Below, one piece after another: positions 28,446-41,483 of a stretch of DNA of 64,000 bases. The stretch's first letter is position 1, and the number at the start of each line of letters is the position of its first letter. The position numbers and the translations under genes are program-made. The stretch is from Antedon mediterranea (taxonomy: Eukaryota > Animalia > Echinodermata). The stretch spans positions 29,190,388-29,254,387 of the forward strand of contig NC_092670.1 of assembly GCF_964355755.1 (NCBI RefSeq). Reading direction: 5' to 3'. The notes under the pieces were generated by a model that saw only the letters and a program-made list of their open reading frames with translations, did no database searches and was not told the origin of the DNA.

Positions 28446-28967
28446 TTGGTACAGTCGCTCCATGATCTCTTTGCTTTTCTTCTTTATATCTTTACTCTTT
28501 TTAAAAGTTTTACTAACGATTTTTATTTTATTTTATTATATTTATATTTTTGCTTTATGTACACGACAACTAACGATCAAATAACAGTTTTTCACATCGC
28601 AACTTATACAACGTAATTTTGAAAACTACAACCATTTTTCTATATACATACAACGTACATTTCTAGTTTAACAAAAACATTTTTCTAAACTTTCTATTAT
28701 TTAAAAGTCGAAGATAGCCAGGTCTCGGGTCCATTCTATTGTCGCCACAGATTGATATCTTCATCAGTACTTCTATGAATGGATGATTAGGTGGGAACAC
28801 GAACGCTAGTTGATCATACCCAGTACCGTTTTGATCGTAAGATTAATCGGGAAACCACCTTACGACCATAAAACCATCAGTTGGCAATTATAAAGTTTAC
28901 TGTGGTCATATTTGGTACCAGTACCTACTTTAAATAAAAAGATGTCGTTAAAACAAAGATTGTTAAT

Positions 28968-29706
28968 ATGTGTCGGAGTGGACAATTTTTGGACATATTA
29001 AACAGGACATGAAAAACTTCAATATTAAAGATGTTAAATTTTTTTTGTGTTTTTTTGCATTAAATACTTAAATTGATCACCTATAACAACCAGTATTATT
29101 AGGAATTCATAACTTTTGCCATGGTGGCTTCAACTAGTTTAAAATTATTTTCTGAGAGACTAAAATACCGCCTCGAAGCAGGTGCCGGTGACTCGTTAAT
29201 AATACTAAAAACACAGTTAAACAAGACTATTTTCACTTAAATATCAATGACACAAACAGATATAAATAAAATAACAATAACATTGTCTCATAGTTGTTAA
29301 AAAATCAGCCATTTTACTTTGATCAAATATGTGTGTCGGACTGAACATTATGTGAACACCATATTAGAGTGCATTACAGTGAATTACTTGTGTTTAGAAA
29401 CATTATATGTACATTATATTAATTGTAGTATGTCAGCTTATAATTTTTGCTATGAATATTCAACTTTTTATATTATTAACATAAAAATTAATGGTAGTTT
29501 ATGAGGTGTCGGAGTGGACATTTTTTTGGACGGACAGATTTCGATTCCCCGGCATTCAGCCAAATTGTCAGTTAAATATATTATTTAAGTTTTAATGTAT
29601 GGTTAATCTTATTAGTGTTGTATATAGATGAAAAACAGTAGACTTGCTTACTTATTTGCTCTGGATATAAGCCAACGTGTCGGAGTGGACATTTTGGACG
29701 GACAGA
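28968..29706. repeat. Dispersed direct repeats TGTCGGAGTGGACA(A/T)TTTT-GGAC; probable DNA-transposon relic
   Basis: Copies near 28971, 29507 and 29678; degenerate copy near 29334. Confidence 0.5.
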
Positions 29707-29822
29707 ATTACAATAATGAAAACAACAAAAAAGTTAAACATGCATACATTTCACACTCATTGTTTATACCTTATACGTTTGCGGGTACATCAACCAATTT
29801 AAATGTACATAATTCATATAAA

Positions 29823-30104
29823 GAAACAACAACACAACTTTATATGCTTCGACATCGTAGAATTTTACCCCTCTATCAGCAATGACCTGCTGAATAAAGC
29901 ACTAGACTTTGCTAATAGATACGATGATATTACCAACGACGAAAGAGACATCATCGTACATACCAAAAAATCAGTACTATCACACAAACAGCAACCATGG
30001 CAAAAGAAAGGCCCACAGCATTCGATGTGACTATGGGTAGTTATGATGGCGCAGAAACATGTGAACTTGTTGGAAGCTTCCTGTTACACCAATTACAACA
30101 GAAA
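29823..30104 (+). pseudogene. Penelope-like RT, N-terminal part (one frameshift near 30012)
   Basis: FICFDIVEFYPSI...ALDFA...WQKK / [22 protein letters not shown]. Confidence 0.9.
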
Positions 30105-33100
30105 CTAGAATTTAATTCGTCACTTTGACGAATTATAGGTGATCATTGTTATCATTTTAATGAAATTAAATTTTTTAAAACATGCACGTACGTTAACATA
30201 CTATCGTAAACAGTTGATGCACGCCATCCTATGACATGATGCATACGCTTATAGTGCCGAGTTGTGCCTATTATATGCCATATACAATATGTACAGTATA
30301 TACTGTATATCTATATACAGTGTAGCATAGGTGAAATTACGGGACCCACATCATGTTCTAATTTTTTGGTATGATGGAATTATCATAATAAACTCGAATA
30401 TGGCAATTTCGAAAGATAATGAATTGAGCAAATAAATATAAGGATTGGAAGAGAATTTGAAACGTAGAAGCGCAATGCGCGCTCTTTGAAATTTGTATAA
30501 ATTTGACGAAAGAGAGAAAAAAACTACCTTTTAATTTAAACTGACCATTTCATAATGTCACAACATCCGATAGGCCTAATTTTTATATGAATTCATGTCT
30601 ACGTTTCATCAGCTTTTATAATAAATTATAATCTTCAAGGTCACCTTTAATTCTGAAGAGCTGTAAGATATTCAAATTTATGGTGTAGCTGAAAATACAC
30701 GACCTAGGTTATTCAAGTTTTTACGCATGATGCCGTCATCAAAACAAAAATGTTGACAACTCCTGAGAAAGATAATTAATTGAGCAAGCACATCCTAAAA
30801 TTTGTGCGAAAATCGGGCTCAAATAACGGAGATGGGCTCTGTTGAATGTGATAACCCACACAAAAACATAAAAATTACTAATTTTTAAATTCAAGTGGCC
30901 ATTTGATGACGTCATACCATTTTGTACGTCTAATATGTATATATATTTATATCTACAACTTATTGGCTTCCATAATAAGTTAAAAAAATTGGGGGTCACC
31001 TGCCATTCTGAAGAGTTATATTCTTTTTAAAATGGCCTTAATTTTTACCATTTTTAGCACTTTTGTACAATTAATGTGCGCATTTTGTCATTTTTAACGT
31101 GCTCGTATAGCACTATTTTAAATCGAAATGGACTCACATTTGGTGAATCTACCAAGGAAGATGAGTAGAATGCAATTTGTACAAAAAAATTGTATTTTTT
31201 ATGCTTTCTAAGTACGCACGTGCAAAAACGTGTTTTTGCGCAGTAATTTTTTAAAACACGCAAATGGCCTAATTCATGCTCTAAATTGATCAAAACGTAA
31301 TTTTGACCTTTTTAAATTTTTAACGTGCGATTTCACGCGCATGACCCTACGTGCGCGTGCGTTTTTATTTGCTAATATTTTTACCCTTGATCTGAAGTTT
31401 ACGTGTAGTGAATTTCATTAATATCTGATAATTAATTATGGAGATATGATTGATAATGTGATTTCACAAAATGGCGTATAAATGACATCACGGATGAGTG
31501 ATCACGCTGAAAAGCTTATTAGGACTTAGTTAAAGTATTTGAAAGAAATTCTGAAATTTTGGTAATCATTGACATTAAACTTTTTGAGATATTTGTTACA
31601 CAAAATTTGTACAGAAAGAAATTGCGAAGAAACATTTTTTTTTTACAAAAACAATTTCTCACTAGAATTTAATTCGTCACTTTGACGAATTATAGGTGAT
31701 CATTTTTATCATTTTATTGACATTCATATTTTTGAAACATGCACGTACGTTAACATACAATCGGAAAATGTTGATGTATGCCATCCTATTATACGCTTAT
31801 AGTGCTGAGTTGTGCCTATTATATGCCATATACAATATGTACAGTATATACTGTACTGTGTATATCTATATACAGTGTAGCATAGGTGAAATTACGGACA
31901 CACATCATGTTCTAAGTTTTTGGCACTGATGACATTATAAAAAAAAACTTGTGTATAACAATATCGAAAGATAATGAATTTAGCAATAAAATATAACAAT
32001 TGGAAGAAAATTTGGCACGTAGAAGGGCCGTGCGCGCTCTTTAAAAATTGTATAACTTTGACGAAAGAGATGAAAAAACTACTTTTTAACTTCAACTGGC
32101 CATATGATAACGTCACAACATCTGATAGGCTTAATTTTTGTATGAATTCATATCTACATTTCACCAGCTATCATACTAAATTATAAACATCGAGGTCAAC
32201 TTTAATTCAGAAGAGCTGTAAGGTATTCAAATATACGTTGTAGGTAAAATTACGTAACCACCGTTATTTAAATTTTAAGACGTGATAACGTTATCCAAAA
32301 GAAAATATTGGCAACTCATAAGTAACATAATTGGTTGAGGTAGAATGTGTTAAAAATTAAAAGAAAATCGATCACAGATAAGCGAGTTGCGCTCTGTTGA
32401 ATGTGGTGGTCTATGACAAAAGGGGAAAAACCCCTATTTTCAAAATTCATGTGGCCAAATGATGACGTCATACCATTTTGTACGTATAATGTGTATATAA
32501 ATTTATTTATACAACTCATTGGCTTCCATAATAAGTTAAAAAAATTGGGGGTCACCTTTCATTCTGAAGAGTTATATTCATTTTAAAAAGGCCCTACTTT
32601 TTACCATTTTTAGCACTTTTGTACAATTAATGTGCGCATTTTGTCATTTTTAACAGGCTCGTATAGCACTATTTTAAGTCGAAATGGACTCAAATTTGGT
32701 GAATGTACTATGGAAGATGAGTAGAATGCAATTTGTACAAAAAGTTGTTATTTTTTACGCTTTCTATGTACGCACGCGCAAAAACGTGTTTTTCCGCAGT
32801 AATTTTGTAAAACACGCAAATGGCCTAATTCATGCTCTAAATTGATCAAAACGTAATTTTGAGCTTTTTTAATTTTTAACGCGCGATTTCACGCGCATGA
32901 CCCTACGTGCGCGTGCGTTTTTATTTGCTAATATTTTTACCTTTTACCTGAAGTTTACGTGTAGTGAATTCCATTAATATGTGATAATTAATTATGGAGA
33001 TATGATTGATAATGTGATTTCACAAAATGGCGTATAATTGACGTCACGGATGAGTGATCACGCTGAAAAGCTTATTAGGACTAAGTTAAAGTATTTGAAA

Positions 33101-36100
33101 GACATTGTGAAATTTTGGTAATCATTGACATTAAACTTTTTGAGATATTTGTTACACAAAATCTGTACAGAAAGAAATTGCGAAGAAACATTTCTTTTTG
33201 ACAAAAACAATTTCTCACTAGAATTTAATTCGTCACTTTGACGAATTATAGGTGATCATTTTTATCATTTTAATGAAATTAATTTTTTTTAAACATGTAC
33301 GTACGTTAACATACGATAGGAAAATGTTGATGTATGCCATCCTATTATACGCTTATAGTGCTGAGTTATGCCTATTATATGCCATATACAATGTAACAGT
33401 ATATACTGTATATCTATATACAGTGTAGCATAGGTGAAATTATTGGACACACATCAAGTTCAAATTTTTTGGTATGATGGAATAATCAAAATAAACTCGA
33501 AGATGACAATTTCGAAAGATAATGAATTGAGCAAATAAATATAAGGATTGGAAGAGAATTTGACACGTAGAAGCGCAATGCGCGCTCTTTGAAATTTGTA
33601 TAACTTCGACTAAAGAAATTTAAAAACAACGTTTTAACTTCAACTGGCCATATGATAACATCACAACATCCGATAGGCTTAATTTTAATATGAATTCATA
33701 TTTACATTTCATCAGCTTTCATAATAAGTTATAATCTTCAAGGTCACCTTTAATTCTGAAGAGCTATAAGATATTCAAATGTAAGGTGTAGCTGAAATTA
33801 CACGACCTACGTTATTCAAGTTTTTACGCATGATGACATCATCAAAATAAAAATGTTGACCACTCATTAGAAGAATAATTAATTGAGCAAGCACATACTA
33901 AAAGTTGTGCGAAAATCGGACTCAAATAACGGAGATGCGCTCTATTGAATGTGATAACCCTCACAAAAAGCTAAAAATTCCTAATTTTTAAATTCAAGTG
34001 GCCATTTGATGACGTCATACCATTTTGTATGTCTAATGTGTATATACATTTGTATCTACAACTTATTGGCTTCCATAATAAGTTAAAAAAATTGGGGGTC
34101 ACCTGCCATTCTGAAGAGTTATATTCATTTTAAAAAGTCCTTATTTTTTACCATTTTTAGCACTTTTGTACAATTAATGTGCGCATTTTGTCATTTTTAA
34201 CGTGCTCGTATAGCGTTATTTTTAGTCGAAATGGACTCAAATTTGGTGAATGTACTATGGAAAATGAGTAGAACGCAATTTGTAAAAAAAAATGTATTTT
34301 TTACGCTTTCTATCTACGCACGCGCAAAAACGTGTTTTTGCGCAGTAATTTTTTAAAACACGCAAATGGCCTAATTCATGCTCTAAATTGATCAAAACTT
34401 AATTTTGAGCGTTTTAAATTTTTAACGCGCGATTTCACGCGCATGACCCTAGGTGCGCGTGCGTTTTTATTTGCTAAAATTTTTACCCTTGACCTAAAGT
34501 TTACGTGTAGTGAATTTCATTAATATGTGATAATGAATTATTGAGATATGACTGATAATGTGATTTCGCAAAATTGCGTATAAATGACGTCACGGATGAT
34601 TGTACTAAGGATTATGAGTAGAATGTGATGTATACATCAAATTTTATTTTTTACGCTTTTTAAAAATCCCGTGCGCAAAAATATATTTTTGCGCAGTAAT
34701 TTTTTAAAACACGCAAATGGCCTATTTCATGCTCTAAATTGATCAAAACTTAATTTTGAGCTTTTTAAAATTTTAACGCGCGATTTCACGTGCATAACCT
34801 TGAAACACGTAAGTTTTTATTTGTTAATATTTTTACCCTTCACCTGAAGTTTACGTATAGTGAATTTTATTGATATGTGATAAAGAGTTATGGAGATATG
34901 ATTGATAATGTGATTTCACAAAATCGCGTATACGTGACGTCACGGTTGAGTGATCACGCTGAAAAGCTTATTATGGCTAAGTTAAAGTATTTGAAAGACA
35001 TTGTGAAATTTTTGTGATCATTGTTATTCAACTTTTTGAGATAATTGCTAAACAAAAAGTGTACAGAAAGAAGAATAATAACAATAATAATAAAGATTTT
35101 GTACAATAACAATAGGTGATCATTTTATTCTAAATGATCACCTAACTAGAATTTAATTCGTCACTTTGACGAATTATAGGTGATCATTTTTATCATTTTA
35201 ATGAAATTAAATTTTTTTAAACATGCACGTACGTTAACATACGATCGTAAAAAGTTGATGTGCGCCATCCTATGACATGATGCATACGCTTATAGTGCTG
35301 AGTTGTGCCTATTATATGCCATATACAATATGTACAGTATTTACTGTATATCTATATACAGTGTAGCATAGGTGAAATTACGGGACCCACATCATGTTCT
35401 AATTTTTTGGTATGATGGAATAATCATAATAAACTCGAAGATGGCAATTTCGAAAGATAATGAATTGAGCAAATAAATATAAGGATTGGAAGAGAATTTG
35501 ACACGTAGAAGCGCAATGCGCGCTCTTTGAAATTTGTATAAATTTGACGAAAGAGAGAAAAAAACTACCTTTTAAATTAAACTGACCATTTCATAATGTC
35601 ACAACATCCGATAGGCCTAATTTTTATATGAATTCATATCTACGTTTCATCAGCTTTTATAATAAATTATAATCTTCAAGGTCACCTTTAATTCTGAAGA
35701 GCTGTAAGATATTCAAATGTATGGTGTAGCTGAAAATACACGACCTAGGTTATTCAAGTTTTTACGCATGATGCCGTCATCAAAACAAAAATGTTGACAA
35801 CTCCTGAGAAAGATAATTAATTGAGCAAGCACATCCTAAAATTTGTGCGCAAATCGAGCTCAAATAACGGAGATGGGCTCTGTTGAATGTGATAACCCAC
35901 ACAAAAACATAAAAATTACTAATTTTTAAATTCAAGTGGCCATTTGATGACGTCATACCATTTTTTACGTCTAATATGTATATATATTTATATCTACAAC
36001 TTATTGGCTTCCATAATAAGTTAAAAAAAATGGGGGTCACCTGCCATTCTGAAGAGTTATATTCTTTTTAAAAAGGCCTTAATTTTTACCATTTTTAGCA

Positions 36101-36678
36101 CTTTTGTACAATTAATGTGCGCATTTTGTCATTTTTAACGTGCTCGTATAGCACTATTTTAAATCGAAATGGACTCACATTTGGTGAATCTACCAGGGAA
36201 GATGAGTAGAATGCAATTTGTACAAAAAAAATTGTATTTTTTACGCTTTCTAAGTACGCACGTGCAAAAACGTGTTTTTGCGCAGTAATTTTTTAAAACA
36301 CGCAAATGGCCTATTTTATGCTCTAAATTGATCAAAACTTAATTTTGAGCTTTTTAAAATTTTAATGCGCGATTTCACGTGCATGACCTTGAAACACGTA
36401 AGTTTTTATTTGTTAATATTTTTATCCTTCACCTGAGGTTTACGTATAGTGAATTTTATTGACATGTGATAAAGAGTTATGGAGATATGATTGATAGTGT
36501 GATTTCACAAAATCGCGTATACGTGACGTCACGGTTGAGTGATCACGCTGAAAAGCTTATTATGGCTAAGTTAAAGTATTTGAAAGACACTGTGAATTTT
36601 TTGTGATCATTGCCATTCAACTTTTTGAGATAATTGTTACACAAAAAGTGTACAGAAAGAATAAAAAAAAAAAAAAAA

Positions 36679-38270
36679 ACTAGACATGTAACTCGTCACT
36701 TTGACGAGTTTGGTTATCCGCCGCACAAGTGGTGAAACATTAACATTAAGGGGATAGGTTGAGGACAAAAGGAAGTGTTCACGTTGGCATTATGACCTGA
36801 ACTGAAGAATATGATATGTTGTTATTGCTGAATTTTATTATTTAAATCCATATATAGTATACACAGTATAATCTGTATCCATATCATACAGTGTAGAATA
36901 GGTGAAATTACGGGACCCGCTATTTATTGCAATTTTTAACATGTTGACGGTTTTAAAATGAAACGCGAAGGTAGTAATTCCGAAAGCAAATTATCTCAGC
37001 AACAACGTATTAACGTGTAGAAGAAATTTGAATACGTGAAATATTGATGCGCGCTCTTTTAAATGTAATGAATTATGACGCAAAAGATGAAAATACGACC
37101 TTTTTTATTTAACTGGCCATATGATGACGTCACAACATCCGATTGGCAACATTTTTACATAATTTCGTATCTACAATCCAATAGCTTCCAGAAAAAGTTT
37201 TAATCGTGATTATCACATTTTATTCTTACGAGCTATAACAGATTAAAATTTACTGTAAAGATGAAATTACTGCCACACGTGATATTAATTTTTAGGCATG
37301 ATGACGTCAAAAAAATTAAAATATTTTTAACTCATGCGAAAGATAGTTGATTGACCTAGACAATGTCAAAATCGGGGTGAAAATGGAAAACGGATAAGTG
37401 GAGATGCGCTCTATTCAATGTGATGAGCTATGACGAAAGATACAAAAATCCTAAATTTTATATTCGCGTGGCCATACGATGACGTCAAAATGTCCGGTTA
37501 GCCATATTAATACCTGATCCGATATCTACCACTCATCTACTTCCAGAATATCCCATCCACAAAAAGTTGACCTTCTAGTTTAGAAATTACGACTGTTTAA
37601 AAAAAGGCATATTTTAAACGAATTTTTTAACATTTTCATAAAAAACGCGCGCAAATTGTCCAATTCGACGTGCTCGTATGACGTATCTTTAAGTCGAAAT
37701 TGTTTAAAATTTGGTAAAATTACTAGAAAAAGCTGGAAAAACATAAATCACGCGAAAAAAAATCGTTTTCCATGCTACGTGCGCACCGCACACGTAAAAA
37801 TGTGCGCACGCGTGGGAATTTTTGACATGCTTAAAACGACATGAAACGCGTAGAAAGTTGATTATAAATTAATTTTGCGCATTTTGAAATTTTAAATGCG
37901 CGTGCGCGCGTAACTTTGTGTAAAACACGCAATTTTTTTTCAACAGAAAGTTAGCGCATGATATAAATTAAACTTTTGCAAAGTTTCACTTTAAAATGTT
38001 ATTTGGTTTTCGACATATGTTAGATACGAGAAAATCGTTAAATCGCGCGTACGTCACGTTGCGCAATTGTAAACATCATGAAAAGCTTCGCTTGACGACG
38101 TTACATAAATGTCAAAATGTTAACATAGGTAACAAAATGTTATGTTTGCAAGTTTTAGAGAAAAGCGTTACACAAAAATCATACAGAAAGAAAGAAGAAA
38201 AATAAAAAGTTGATGTTGATGATTTCGTACAATCACAAGAGGTTATCCTGCAACTTCGTTGCGGATAACC
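36679..38270 (-). mobile_element. HINE-like family B copy 1, inserted in the A-rich tail of A4
   Basis: ACTAGACATGTAACTCGTCACTTTGACGAGTTTGGTTATCCG ... GGTTATCCTGCAACTTCGTTGCGGATAACC; the A tail resumes at 38271-38332. Confidence 0.85.
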
Positions 38271-41200
38271 AATAATAATAAAGATTTCATACAATAACAA
38301 TAGGTGATCATTTTATTCTAAATGATCACCTAACTAGAATTTAATTCGTCACTTTGACGAATTATAGGTGATCATTTTTATCATTTTAATGAAATTAACA
38401 TTTTTTAAACATGCACGTACGTTAACATACGATCGTAAAAAGTTGATTTACGCCATCCTATGACATGATGCATATACACTTATAGTGCTGAGTTGTACCT
38501 ATTATATGCCATACAATATGTACAGTATATACTGTATCTATATACAGTGTAGCATAGGTGAAATTACGGGACTCATATCGTGTTCTAATTTTTTGGTATG
38601 ATGGAATTTTCAAAATAAACTCGAAGATGACAATTTCGAAAGATAATGAATTGAGCAGATAAATATAAGGATTGGAAGAAAATTTGACACGTAGAAGCGC
38701 AATGCGCGGTCTTTGAAATTTGTATAACTTTGACCAAAGAAATTTAAAAACTACTTTTTAACTTCAACTGGCCATATGATAACATCACAACATCCGATAG
38801 GCTTAATTTTACTATGAATTCATATCTAAATTTCATCAGCTTTCATAATAAGTTATAATCTTCAAGGTCACCTTTAATTCTGAAGAGCTATAAGATATTC
38901 AAATGTATAGTGTTGCTGAAATTACATGACCTAGGTTATTCAAGTTTTTACGCGTGATGACGTCATCAAAATAAAAATGTTGACAACTCATTAGAAGAAT
39001 AATTAATTGAGCAAGCACATACTAAAAGTTGTGCGAAAATCGGGCCCAAATAACGGAGATGCGCTCTATTGAATGTGATAACCCACACAAAAAGATAAAA
39101 ATTCCTAATTTTTAAATTCAAGTGGCCATTTGATGACGTCATACCATTTTGTACGTCTAATGTGTATATACATTTATATCTACAATTTATTGGCTTCCAT
39201 AATAAGTTAAAAAAATTGGGGGTCACCTGCCATTCTGAAGAGTTATATTCATTTTAAAAAATCCTTATTTTTTACCATTTTTAGCACTTTTGTACAATTA
39301 ATGAGCGCATTTTGTCATGTTTAACGTGCTCGTACAGCGTTATTTTAAGTCGGATTGGACTCAAAATCGGAGAATGTACAAAGGATTGTGAGTAGAATGT
39401 GATGTATACATTAAATTTTATTTTTTACGCATTTTAAGAATCGCGTGCGCAAAAATGTGTTTTTGCGCAGTAATTTTTTGAAACACGCAAATGGCCTAAT
39501 TCATGCTCTAAATTGATCAAAACTTAATTTTGACCTTTTTAAAATCTTTACGCGCGATTTCACGTGCATGACCTTGAGACGCGCCAGTTTTTATTTGCTA
39601 ATATTTTTTACCTTGACCTGAAATTTACGTGTAGTGAATTTCATAAATATGTGATAATGAATTATGGACATATGATTGATAATGTGATTTCACAAAATGG
39701 CGTATACGTGACGTCACGGATGAGTGATCACGCTGAAAAGCTTATTATGGCTAAGTTAAAGTATTTGAAAGACATTGTAAAATTTTTCTGATCATTGCTA
39801 TTCAACTTTTTGAGATATTTGACGAACAAAAAGTGTACAGAAAGAAGAATAATAAAGATTTTATACAATAACAATAGGTGATCATTTTATTCTAAATGAT
39901 CACCTAACTAGAATTTAATTCGTCACTTTGACGAATTATAGGTGATCATTTTTATCGCTTTACTTACATTAATATTTTATACATTTATATCTACAAGTCA
40001 TTGGCTTCCATAATAAGTTTAAAAAAAATGAGGGTCACCTTCCATTCTGAAGAGTTATATTAATTTTAAAAAGGCCTTATTTTTTTACTATTATACGTAT
40101 ATAGTGCTGATTTGTGCCTATTATATGCCATATACATTATGTACAGTATATACTGTATATCTATATACAGTGTAGTAGTAGCATTGGTGAAATTACTGGA
40201 CCCACATCATGTTCAAATTTTTCGGTATGATGGAATTATCAAAATAAACTCGAAGATGACAATTTCGAAAGATAATTAATTGAGCAAATAAATATAAGGA
40301 TTGGAAGAGAATTTGACACGTAGAAGCGCAATGCGCGCTCTTTGAAATTTGTATAACTTCGACTAAAGAAATTTAAAAACAACGTTTTAACTTCAACTGG
40401 CCATATGATAACATCACAACATCCGATAGGCTTAATTTTTATATTAATTCATATCTACATTTCATCTGCTATCATAATAAGTTATAATCTTCAAGGTCAC
40501 CTTTAATTCTGAAGAGCTATAATATATTCAAATGTACGGTGTAGCTGAAATTACACGACCTACGTTATTCAAGTTTTTACGCGTGATGATGTCATCAAAA
40601 TAAAAATGTTGACAACTCCTGAAAAAGATAATTAATTGAGCAAGCACATACAAAAATTTCTGCGAAAATCGAGCTAAAATAACGGAGATGCGCTCTATTG
40701 AATGTGATAACCCATACAAAAAGATAAAAATTACTAATTTTTAAATTGAAGTGGCCATTTGATGACGTCATACAATTTTGTACATCTAATGTGTACATGA
40801 ATATGTATCTACAACCCAATGGCTTCCCGAATAACTTAAAAAAATTGGGGGTCACCTGCCATTCTGAAGAGTTATATTCATTTTAAAAAGGCCTAATTTT
40901 TCACCATTTTCATCACTTTGATGCAATTAATTTGCGCATTTTTACATTTTTAACCTGCTCGTATACCGTTATTTTAAGTCGGAACTGACTCAAATTTGGT
41001 GAATGTACTAAGGATGCTGTTTAGAATGCGATTTGTATAAAAAAATTGCAATTTTTACACTTTGTAAGTATCGCGCGCGCAAAATAATTTTTTTGCGCAG
41101 TAATTTTTTGAAACACGCAAATGGCCTAATTCATGCTCTAAATTGATTAAAACGTAATTTTGAGCTTTTTAAATTTTTAATGCGCGACTTCACGCGCATG

Positions 41201-41483
41201 ACCCTACGTGCGCGCGCGTTTTTATTTGCTAATATTTTTACCCTTGACCTGAAGTTTACGTGTAGTGAATTTCATAAATATGTGATAATGAATTATGGAT
41301 ATATGACTGATAATGTGATTTCACAAAATGGCGTATACGTGACGTCACGGGTCAGTGATCACGCTGAAAAGCTTATTATGGCTAAGTTAAAGTATTTGAA
41401 AGACACTGTGAATTTTTTGTGATCATTGCCATTCAACTTTTTGAGATAATTGTTACACAAAAAGTGTACAGAAAGAATAAAAA

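Noticed and set aside
30571-30578. TAGGCCTA within A1 (and A4) as an insertion scar
   Set aside because: Sister units have TAGGCTTA of the same length, so here it is a substitution.
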